The position numbers and the translations under genes are program-made. A model generated the notes under the pieces. The model worked only from the letters and a program-made list of their open reading frames with translations. It was not told the DNA's origin and made no database searches. 64,000 nucleotides of DNA from Takakia lepidozioides (Eukaryota > Plantae > Bryophyta): positions 71,238,001 through 71,302,000 of the forward strand of contig CM060733.1 of the NCBI GenBank assembly GCA_030704615.1. Direction: 5' to 3'. Shown here in pieces: positions 39,098 to 50,169 of the stretch (positions are counted from its first letter, which is position 1; each line of letters opens with the position of its first letter).

Positions 39098-40690
39098 ATG
39101 GCAGAAAACCCGAGCGCTATAGTGTACTGCCCTCCTCACGAGCATAGAGCTACATTTCCGTGCAGAGGGGAGATCTGCCGGGTGATGGAGAAATATCTCT
39201 GCGTTCGATACCACCTGAAACCGGGGTCGGTATTTTTGGAGGAGGAAAGGAAGGATTCAAACGGAGTTGTAGTCGAAAGTATTGTTGTGCTCCACGATGA
39301 TTTCAGCGATGGTAGGGAATGGCGAGTTCCACCATCGGACAACATCATATACAGGGCTGTTGGGGACTTCATTTGCCCGCCAAATGCGCCTTCTATCCTG
39401 GTGCCTTCCATGAAACAATCCGCGAATCAGAGAGTGGGTACCTCAAAGAGAGAAGTCCGCAACGAAGTAAATCCAGAGCTGAACCCATCAATGAAGACAA
39501 GCGAGAACCGGGTTGTTCACAACCTGTCCGACTTCGACGAGGTCATGGAAGTTCCGAGATCATCATGGAGATCAGGCAAGACCTCAATGGACATTAGCGG
39601 ACGAGGGAGTCATATTCCCAGCACGAACACAGCAGTTCGATCCATTCTTGAAATTCTACAAGGGCTTCGCATGGAGGGACACCGCTCGGAGCTGGCTGGG
39701 TTGGACTACAGCAAGTTTGCCATTAAATCCGTTACATGCCTTCCCGCAGACATCGACGGTAATATGTTCTTTGAGTTCCCTCCTCGAACGGACTATTCGA
39801 GGGCGTCCGGAATGTTGACAGATATGGATAGGAAACTTGACAGTCATCCTTGGTGCGTCACCAAAACCACCAGCATGAAGATGCTCGATGGTGTGCGGGT
39901 GCGCTACGTTGTTTGTGCGGGCGCGTTGCGGTGTTTCTCCCCAACATGCTTCCACTTAAAATCCAGAGGTCGCAGGAACGAGACGGATTGGACAGGCACA
40001 ACTCATCAACCATTTCGAGCTCAGGAGAAGGTTCCAAACTCCACATTTAAGTGTGCGCATTGCAAAGAACCACCACATTGCATGTCTGTTTGTAATGCCA
40101 AGCAGTTCTATGTGTTGCACCGTTTCCCTGACCTCACACGAGCTTGCATACACGTTGGTTCCCATTGTCACAAATTGGCGAGGAGGAACTTGCGGGAGGC
40201 TGCCCATGAGGCAGAACAGCTCGTTCAAGAGGAGGTTAAGTTGAGACCTAGTGCCAAACCCAAACAGATATAGCTGCAGGCCGCCCATAAGATGGCATTG
40301 GCCAGAATTATGTCGGAAGACGGCTCCGACAGAGTTCCTCTCGATGAGAAGGAAATGGAGGCATTGCTGGAGTCAGTGTCCCACGTCTGTTCACCGAATG
40401 TCCGAAACCACATTGTCTCCTACAAACAGAAAATTGGGCGTGGATCGGATATGCACTCCATTCTAGAGGTGAAGGGACGATGTGGATATGACTACATTCA
40501 TGGAAGTAGGTTTCCTGGACAAGGGACTGAGGTAGTTCGTATTCAAAATGTCAACGTGTGGGCCTGGCAGCGGCGTCGAACTGTGTCGACCGGATGACGA
40601 GTGGGGACTTGTCAAACAATTGGGTCATGTTCGACCATATCAAGCAAATTACAAATCACCAGTGGGTGACAATGGCTACACATGTCTATG
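39098..40690 (+). pseudogene. Transposase B, N-terminal half (GCM-like Zn domain + first catalytic Asp)
   Basis: MAENPSAIVYCPP...HPWCVTKT...CAGALRCFSPTC...CAHC...HVGSHCH; VMFDHIKQ. Stop at 40271; homology breaks after VTMATHVY. Confidence 0.9.
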
Positions 40691-40834
40691 CCCAGTCAGA
40701 TCTGGGACTTAGCCATTTTCGGCCCCAACCTGGGAAAATGGCGCCGAATTTCCAGTTCGGGTGGCTGGCACTGAAACCGGAAATTCGGCGCCATTTTTCC
40801 AGTTCCGGGCCCAGTCAGTTCTGGGACTTAGCCA

Positions 40835-41642
40835 GGCCAAAGCTAGAACCCCCAACCATCATCCAATGTATCAATGAGAGCTTCCTTGACCCTCTGGCTG
40901 CCAGGGCGAAGAAGGTGGCACACAGCAAGTCTCTGGAGGAGCTGAAGGGGAAAGCCAAGAAGAGGGCTCCCAGTACAGAGCCTAAAGACACCCCTGGTTT
41001 TGAATCCATGATGGAATTCTTCACGGCTGTGAGCACGGATTGCAAGAGCACTCGGGGGGGGTGAGGTGGAGAGAGCCTGCGATATGATTCTCCTCGATAT
41101 TCCAGATGGGGAGCTGCTGGAGGGCCTGGATGGTGTGCCCACCTGGAATAGGTTTACTGAGGACTACTGGAGAGCCGGGTTTGGGCTGGCGGGGATGCTC
41201 CTGGATGACGGTGGATGTATGGTGGACCTTGCCACAAGAGGGAAGATAACCGAGAATGTTGTGGCAAGGTGGACACCGAAAAATGTCACCCCGGTCCTCC
41301 TCAAAAAATGGTTCTGCATCAATACGCAGGGGTTGCAAACGCACGGCCAGAGTGTAAGTTATCAATCTATTGCATTCACTTCATATTGTGGTGTATCTGA
41401 ACTAGACCCTAGAGTTGATCCCTCTTTTGTTGGATGTGCAGACATTGGTGTTTGAGGCATATTGTTTTGTGAAGAGAGGGTCTACGTTCAAATTCCGCAA
41501 TGACGGTCATCTTGTTGATGCTGCTGTGGACCCTGTTACCTACGATGTCCTCTACAACTATGTGCCCCACTCCAGTATGCCGAAGGACACAAAGACAGGC
41601 AAACTGTGGCGGTACAGCCGGACCCGGAGCCCTGCTTTCATC
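40835..41642 (+). pseudogene. MTase domain of element B, part before the element A insertion
   Basis: IIQCINESFL...CDMILLDIPDG...LLDDGGCMV...KKWFCIN, intron, VFEAYCF...RYSRTRSPAFI. Confidence 0.8.
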
Positions 41643-42120
41643 GGGGGCTGCTATTTCATGAGCCATGAGCCATGAGCGGCATGAGCCATGAGCAGAGTCG
41701 TAAGTGTGGAAAAAAACATGAGCAGCACTATTTTCCGGAAATGAGTGTCCGCGGGAATAGGGTTTAGGGTGCCACGGTCATAGGGGGAGAAGGACCTCCC
41801 GATGAAGGAGGTTCCGCAATGTTATTTAGAATTATATATTGAAAGGCAATGTTTCGCGAATGGTAGGGTGGTACTGCTCTGTACAATGGGGGCCCATTTC
41901 AGCCTACCAGCCATTTGCAAAATCCACCCACACTCCCAATCCCAAACGAAATGAGCAATGACGCATTCTGGCAACGATGGACACAGAATAGAATAAAAAG
42001 AGGGCACAATGAGGTTTTTATTGATCCACATGAATTGCATTTGAAGCACGTCTACTGTGCTGATTGTGCCATCAAATCTTGAGCCATCAAATCTTGAGCC
42101 CTGTGCCTACTGAATACAAG

Positions 42121-42880
42121 TCACGTTGTCAATGGGACTTCGACTGCTCTCAGAACTAGCTCATGAGTCATGGGGCTCCTCCATGTAAAGTCGATTGCAG
42201 CCGTTGTACCGCCCCTAGTGATGTTCACCACAATGTCCTGCCCTTCAATCATACCACCATCGAATATGGAAATCTTCACGTTTTCGTCGTCCACACCAAT
42301 GCGAATGCCCCATACAATGGAGAAGAGGAGCGCACTCCTCGAGGAGAATAGGTCTCTCCGATGGAGTCCACCCACGTCCAGTGGCAGCAGTTCCACCGCA
42401 ACAGCATAGCAGTGCGCCTTCTTCTGCATGGGTGACCGTTGTAGCTGGGAAAATCGGAATCGAGGATGCGCAGGAGCCACGGACTCCTCAGACCAAGATC
42501 GTCACCCCGCTCGAAGGCGTAGTGGCCTACGATATACTCAAAAGCCACCAATGTTCCCACAATCGAACCACTATCTTCTGTGTAATCTGTGTACCAGATA
42601 ACAATGTCTCCCGATGTGGCCGAATACATTGCATAATCGATGCCTCCAAAGGGGCAGTCGTCCCGTTCCGGAAGCACGACATCCTTGCAAAGGAGGACCT
42701 GAGGACGACTTGGATGCCGATGACCTTGCGGACAGCTACGAAGCCCTTAGATTTTGGAAATGATACGAAGCGGAAGAGCAGTCCGGCCTCCAATAATGGA
42801 GCATTTGGGTCACACGTACCCACCGACGGAGGTGGAACGTGTTCATCACGCCAGCGGTGGATGAACCCATACATCTTTCT
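42121..42880 (-). pseudogene. Unknown accessory protein family, copy 1 in element A
   Basis: DYAMYSATSGDIVIW...AFEYIVGHYAFERG...PWLLRILDSDFPS...LRWNCCHWT and ISIFDGGMIEGQDIVV...HELVLRAVEVP; frameshifted. Start position uncertain. Confidence 0.7.
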
Positions 42881-43199
42881 CCTCAACAAGTTATAGTTTG
42901 AGATCTGCCACCGAAGTCCATCCCCCCGGATGGAAATTCGGCGCCGCATTTACATCGAAGAGGGGATGGACTTCGTCGTGTCCAGTGGCTATCGGCCCAC
43001 CTGGCAGTGACTGCCCATAGTTTGCATGGCAGGGTAGGAAACTGAAACGGCTACATTCATGCAGCAGCCAATCTTCATCGGTCCAGGATCCTGCAGGGGG
43101 GAAATTTAAATGTGCCCTGGAGTGTTTGTGAGGAATTGCAGCGTTAGCTTGAACTTTTTCCAGCCACCGCGGTCCTCCTCCTCCATCCAGGGAGCTGCT

Positions 43200-43810
43200 G
43201 TCATTGAGCGTACTCCACGACTCTTTTTCAAGGATGTCGTGCCGCCGAAATCCAGCCGACTGCCCTTATCATGGCACGATTATGCTATGTTCAAACCAGA
43301 ATCAGGAGACATCATTGTCTGGCTCTCTGTTTTCACAGACGCTGCTGGAATCAAGCAAGATCTTTGCGCGCAATGGAGTATCTGGAGGGCTATTACCGCT
43401 TTGAGCGAGGTGAGGGCGAGGGTCAATGCGGTCCGTGGGTCCTGAAAATTGTTGACCTCGATATACCAAGCTGGAAAGGGATGCCGGATAGATCACGCAC
43501 GGCCTCGCTTTGGCGCTGGAACTGCTGCCAGTGGACCAGGGAGGACGGCACCGGGGAAAACTATATACGTGCAGATCACTCCGCTCTTCCAGTGTATGGA
43601 GACATTCGCCTGCGTTGCGAAGACGAATCGCACGGGCACATGAGGCCCACAGTGACCTTGTCAATGTATGATGGTGGTATCATTGATGGACATGACATTA
43701 TCGTCGGCTCCAGCAAGGGCAGCAGAACGACCGAATTGCAGTTTACCTCGAGGTGCCGCAGCAGTGATGAGCTTGTTTTGAGGGGTATCGAAGTTCCGTC
43801 GACTTGGTGA
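43200..43810 (+). pseudogene. Unknown accessory protein family, copy 2 in element A
   Basis: DYAMFKPESGDIIVW / AMEYLEGYYRFERG...PWVLKIVDLDIPS...WRWNCCQWT...LSMYDGGIIDGHDIIV...ELVLRGIEVPSTW; one frameshift near 43365. Confidence 0.7.
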
Positions 43811-44049
43811 AGCCCATGTAGAAGGAGGAAGGGATAGTTTTGTCTGCAGTTGGTAAATGTGAGACATCGTGTCCGATCAATAAACCCATCGTACCTCACT
43901 TCTGTGATTTTGTTTTCATTCCAATTTTGGGATCATTGAATGGCACCGTGCAAAAATGTCAAAAACAAATACTCAAAATTTCCAAAAGGGCGGGTCGCCA
44001 AATTGTTTCCGTACAACACTTCGAAAAGTGTGACATTTCCGACCAGCGC

Positions 44050-44500
44050 GATGGAATGCGTTACCGCATTTCCGAGAGAGGGTCTGCAAATGGACAAATT
44101 GCGATGTCCGTTCTGGAAATGCGGCCGCATTTCCATGTCCGTCATCGACTTTTTTGGAATGCGGTGCCAATTTTTGCTGATGGGCCTGCAGTTCGAACAA
44201 CGACCATCCCCAATATGGAAATGCGGCACCGCATTTTCAATCCGCCATGTCGACCTCCTTGTTCGACCTCTGTAAGCGTGGTGGCATCCATGCAATGAGC
44301 GGGAGAGGCCAAAACTGGCGTGTGGACAAAGGAAATTTTGGAAATGCGGCACCGCATTTCCAATTCAGATTACTTTTTACTATGCCAACATTGAAATGGA
44401 AAATTTAGTCCCTCCCCTGTTTTGGAAATGCGGTGCCGCATTTCCAAAAGAGGTTCTTAGAGTTGCCAAAATTTTGGAAATGCGGTGCCCCATTTCTGAT
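44050..44500. repeat. Secondary cluster of A-type palindromes
   Basis: About 7 copies, e.g. GGAAATGCGGCACCGCATTTCC at 44340 and GGAAATGCGGTGCCGCATTTCC at 44424. Confidence 0.9.
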
Positions 44501-44668
44501 TTTGGGAGCGTCGTGGTTTGGGCGATTGTGTGGCTGGAATGCACACTGGAGAGGGGTCACGAATGTCGGGCAGAATTTCCTTTATATACTCTGGAAGAGA
44601 ATTTACATTTACAGAGACTTCATTAAAATTCTATTAATCTTGAAAATCATCCGAATCCTCATCCTGTT

Positions 44669-47600
44669 CTAGACTGTCCTGCTCCTCCTCCACCCCCTCA
44701 GTGCCTTCTCATCTCCAGCGGACTGCTCGTTGGCCAGGCTTTCGAAAATCCCATCTTCCCCTTGCGGAACTGTCCATCTCACCTCCGTTGGGTCGTCTTC
44801 CTCCCTGTCTGCGTCGCTCTCATCCGCTGAATCACATATGTACTTTCGTACCCGTCTACCTGTCTGAGCTGCTGCCAACTCTTTCCTTAATCCTTCGTCC
44901 TCCCTAGCCCTCTCCAAATCTGCTCTACTTACTGGGATTCTCACTTCTTCTAATCGCTGTATTTGCGAGTTTAGCTGCATACTAGGAAGGGAGTAGTCCC
45001 TCACCGGGCTCGTCATGAAGTCGGCCCTCGCAAAGAACGGGACATTCTTCCTGGCAGGAAGTGGCCCTACATGTTTCGACCCGGACCCTGCAATCCTGCA
45101 CATGACAATCATCAACGAGACTAATGAGAACCACAGTCGGGAAATTCGTTTGACATAAATGACCCAGAAGGCTTTGCAAACTTACAATGTTTGCACTCAC
45201 TCGTATTCCGGGTTCTCCTCCGCATCAATGTCCACTGTGTCTTCCTCGGACTCCGACGAATCCGAGGAGACTTCCGCTCTGTCGGGAGCCTTCACATTCC
45301 GTTGCAGCCCCTCCAGATGGGATCCCCACACGGATGAATCCTCCTCGTAGGCAAAGAGGTGCCGGTCGGAAAACCGCCCAGCCCCACATTGAGGCACCTG
45401 TTACAATGCCATCCACACATTACCACATGGCGCTTCAGATGTTGCGAACTACATCCTAACGAGAATTTGCAGAACAGCAGAGATCAAGATTCTGCATACC
45501 TGTCCCACAGATGAGGTCGAGCACTGTGCCCTCCACGTCTGTGCATGTCTCCATAATTGTCTGAATGAAGGCAGGGCTCCGAGTCCGTGAGTACCGCAGG
45601 GGTTCCGTTGAAGTGAGGCTATGAGGGAGAAGTTCCTTGGGAACGTTGTTGAACAAACAAACGTAATCGAGTGGGTCGCAGTTCGGCAACCTTTCCTCCC
45701 TCCTTCCGGAAAGCAAAGGTGGAGTTCTCCTTCACAAAGCAGTATGCATCGAACTGCTTCGTCTGCATACACAGGGGGAAAACGATTAGAAACCGAATGC
45801 GGCACCGCATTTGAAAACACCCAAGCAAATGAATGGACGAGTGCCAGTGTCGTAATCACCTTCTTCCCTTCCGACCGAAGGCCCAGTGTGTTGATGCACG
45901 TCCACTTCTTTTTCAGAATCGGGACGGCGCTCTTGCGGGTCCACTTCGCAATTCCTGTCTGAGTGTTTTTTCCTCTGCTCGCCAGGACAACCACACAGCC
46001 TCTGTCGTCCAACACCATGCGGGCAAGCCCGAATCCTTTCTTCCAAAAGTCCTCCGAGTACCTGTTCCAAGATGGCAAAGCTTGCAGTCCTTCCACAGGC
46101 TCTCCGTCCGGAATATCCAAGATGATCATATCGCAAGACCACTCGTGGCATTTCCGCCCCTCCTACAATCCTTGTCTGCACACACCCTCTCAAAGAACGA
46201 GACCATATTCTGAAATCCTGGGGTGTCGGAAGGCTCTTCGGCAGTCGCCTTCTTCAGTGCTCTGCCCTTCAGACCCTCCATGGTCTTCATGTATGCCAAC
46301 TTGGCTGCCCGTCCATCCAAAGCCGCCAAGAAACTCTCATTTACACACTGGACTACTGTTTCGGGAGCCACTTTCGGCCTCTTCATTTCCACCGGCTCGA
46401 AAGGGTGCCCCCCTGGGGGGTTGAAGAGTGCCTTCTTTGCCGAGCCAGTTCTCGTGCCTCTCGTGACAACGGTGGGCACAGGGGAGGCAGCCTGCGTTTG
46501 GGGGGTGGGCTGGTTGCAAAGTCTCCATCGGAGTCCTCTTCCTCACCCTCTTCCTGAACAGGCTGTTTCTGCTTCTTCGTTTTGGCGGGTGTCACAACAG
46601 CTGCTCCTTGCTGGCGAGTCCTCTTCTTCGACCCCTTCTGTTGGGCCTGCACAGCTGCATCCACCGTCTTTTGTGCCATCTCAGCTGCCTTTCTGGATTC
46701 TTCCAGAGCAGCAGATTCCTTTGCCGACTTTGGCCCAGCAGGGACACGTCTTTCCTTTCTCTTCTCTTCTGCCAAGGCGTGCAGATCTTTCTCAGACTCG
46801 TCAACAATACCGCCAGACATGTCCAGGTACCACGGGCATCCAACGAGATGCGCGGGATGCCATTGTTTCTGCATCTCGGGTGTGTAGACACAGCTTGGGC
46901 CGCCACGGTCCGCCATGAAGAACGGGGGCTCTTGAGCCAGGGCCCCTGTCTGAAGGAGCACGTATTTCATACCTGCAAGGCAGTCAGCATGCGTGAGCAA
47001 AAGTTGAGACCAACCTACTGGCAGAGTGCCACCGAAAACATAAAATGCGAATGCGGTGCCGCATTTCCGAGACAAACCTCGTAACCAGGCTTCGCATACA
47101 AGGGCAGCTGTGCTTCACCTGTAAACAATTCGCATTGCAGCTTTCCCGCTCCCTCCTGATGTGTAAACTCCACGCTCCTTCTTGCTGTCTGTAGCTCTCT
47201 GGCGAAAAGGTTGTCCTTGTACGCACATCTGAAACGTGTCACGTAGTCTTCCAATGTCTGTGTTCCATCCCATTTGACGTACAAGCCGAACGAATTTGTG
47301 TGCATTACGACTTGCTCCTTCGCATTCGACATTACCTGCGATTCCCAAATGCATTGTCACGTAGCAGTTCAGGGAATTCATTCAGAAAAGCAAATCTGGG
47401 GAAGTACCTTGAATTACCTGGAACCACCAAGTCATACGGTTGAGCCACACATCCACTGCAGGGTCGGAAACTTCGAGTGGAAAAGACCACATTGTCCTTA
47501 TGCTCTCGGATGCATTCCAGATCGACAGCCACCGTGTCTGCCATTTCCGATCCAATGTCAGGAGCTGGAAGAGAGTGGCTATTGCTAGGAAGGAACTTCA

Positions 47601-49820
47601 GTGCATTGAAACCTCACCTTCTCTTTCGCCTCCACACATGCCGTTGAGAGGTGATGCAGTTTCTCCAATTGCATGGTCGGCTGCATGGCCCGAGAATAGT
47701 GTTTTGCAATCTCGGGGATGAAGTCCTTTCCAAGTGCCGGATCTGCAATTGCCACCAGCTTCACAAGCTTTGACTTGTATTTGGTTCTGGACTTGACACC
47801 GGCTTCCTTCAAGTGCTCAGTCAATGACTGCAACGTTTGACCTGCCCCTCACTTTCCATGAAGAAGCGTTTGGCATGGGCCAAATCCAGCTTGATGTTTG
47901 ACTGCCAACAAAAACATGCAGAAGCGTTACATTCGATTCATGTGGAAACATTACTGAAAATTGGGGAAGGATGAGCAGAGGGAAATTGGAGGACGACTTA
48001 CTTCGTATATCACCTCCACCATTCCATCCATAGTGAGACGATACCATGTCCGGTCTGTTTTTGCAACGGCTTTCTGAATGAGCTCGGGCTCCAGCATTTC
48101 CGCAAACATCTGCGGATCAGTGAGACCAGTTTTCCTCACCCTGTACAGCATATGTGCCATGTGGGTATGCACGTACGCATTCTCAGTGACCCTGCAAGGC
48201 ACACTCTCCAGTTCAGTACACGGAAGCACGGAAACAAACCAGAATGGAAACCGAAATGCGGCACCGCATTTCGAACGTGCTAGGGAGGGTATGAGTATCT
48301 TACGAGTTGAGGTCCGCCATGGCATTCTTGAGCAGGGAGGAGTCTGCCGCCTTCACCTTGAGGATGACACACTCCACCATGTAATGCCAGCCAATGTGCT
48401 TGGCATGGTTCTGCTTGATGTACTCCCACCAGGCGAGAAGTCGGTGATTCCCGTCCCACACAAAGAACATTTTACCCGACATATGGCCGAAGTCTGGATC
48501 ACCCTTCAGCGTCGCCTCGAATTCGTGTTGCGAGTGTGCCAGTGGGTATCCCACGTTGACAATTCATCGGCAGTGGGTCCACGAGTTTCGCCGTCCTCAT
48601 TCTCAATGGAAACGTAAAACGCTGCCGATCCCAGACGGTACCCTTCTCGAAATGCGAACTTGAGCTTATCCACATCTCCGGGAAGGGCCTGCCTGACGAT
48701 GGGAAGGGAGACCATGCGACAGAGTGGGATTCGAAGAGTCCGCTGGAATACCCTGCTGCCCAGAACTCTGCCAATGCTACTGTGTGTCTCCTCCAACATT
48801 TTATCCGCTGCACTTTTGAAATCCTCCGGAGACATGTCTGTAGGTGCCGGTAGTGGCTGAGCAGCTGGAGCATCCTCAACTGGAGCTGCACTCTGGGGCC
48901 TGTCTGCGGGCAATTCTGCCATTGCAGAGGCCTCCTCCGGGCCTGCTTGCTCATCGGTGGTGAGGTCTTGCTGCGAACGTTGAGCGGCAGCACCCTCCTC
49001 CGGTACCAAATCGAGATCAACGGTCGATCCCATTGCCTTCGCTGCAGCAGAGTCGGCCCCAACATCTGCAGGCGGGAAATCCTCCAGGAACTGAGCTTCA
49101 GCTCGTGGAAGCGGTTTTGCGGGAGATTGTTCGCCCGTCGCCCTGATTGCCTTCTGCTTCCTCATCCTTGCAGGTGAAGGTGTCTGCTGCAATTGAATCT
49201 GTCTTCTACCCTGCTGCTTCATTCGCGTTGGGGGGGTGAATCGGCCTGAGCCGGTTCAGAAGCCAGTAGAGGGACGGGCTGCTTCTCTTCGACTTTGCTG
49301 GAGAAGGGCCCGACCCCTGCTGGCGATTCTCCATGACGAAGAACGCGAGTCGATCTCTGGGACTTTGAACTTGCCCTTCGAAGACGCGTCTTTGAATCGC
49401 ACAGGGCTAGGCCCGGCAGGAATACCCGCGCTCGGGGATCGGGTGGGTGTACGTGCTGCAGCTAGCTCCTCGGACTCTTCCTGCGGCTCTTCGGATTCCT
49501 GCGATCCCTCCAGCACGTCCACCTTTCCTGTTAGGCATGCAAATGTTCTGCATTCAAGTCTCCTAGCATTCAGTCTAAGAATTACAGAAGCAAAATGGGG
49601 GGTTCGGTGCTCGATCAGCTGCGCGCAGCCCGATCGCATGGAGCTCTCACTGGTGGCTGGGTTGCCTGAGTGGCCTGCTGCTCGGAGATGGCAATCTCCT
49701 CCTGTAGACGCATCTGCTTCCTCCCTTCGGCATTGGCCTACGTCCGAAGTATAATTTCCGGAGCTTGCGACGAGGTCTCCTGTCTGGTGCACGAACTCCC
49801 CCCCTCTCAGGTTCGAGCAT
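44669..49820 (-). pseudogene. Multi-exon ParB/Srx-like + beta-class amino-methyltransferase-fold gene of element A
   Basis: ParB-like LRIPLCRMVSLPIVRQALPGDVDKLKFAFREGY...FFVWDGNHRLLAW (48800-48300); MTase fold CDMIILDIPDG...VLDDRGCVVV...RTRSPAFIQTIMETCTDVEGTVLDLICGTG / GASMW...RHLFAYEED (46130-45200); acidic last exon. GT-AG introns shared with B; several frameshifts. Exon joins inferred by eye. Confidence 0.8.
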
Positions 49821-50169
49821 AAGAAGAACAGAGAGAGGGAAAAGGGGCAAAGAGTGCAGATGGAAAGGGGCGCGAGAGGGGTGACTGAGGAGACACGACA
49901 AAAGTAGATGAAACGGCGGTGATGCACCACTTGGGTTCGAAAGGGTTGGACGAAAGTGTCTCCTCGTGGAGTTTGCGTCATTACGAAATTCGAATCGTTC
50001 AGGGTACGCCTGCCGTCCGAAAAACAAACATCATTATCCAACGGTCAGGCCGCGCCGCCTCATGCCCCTTCAGTCAGATAGAGTGCCGACATGTGCAGCA
50101 ATTCCGTTGCTCCACGTGTTCACATTTCAAGGCATTTCCGTCCCAGCGTCTGATGAGTTGGAGCGAAAA

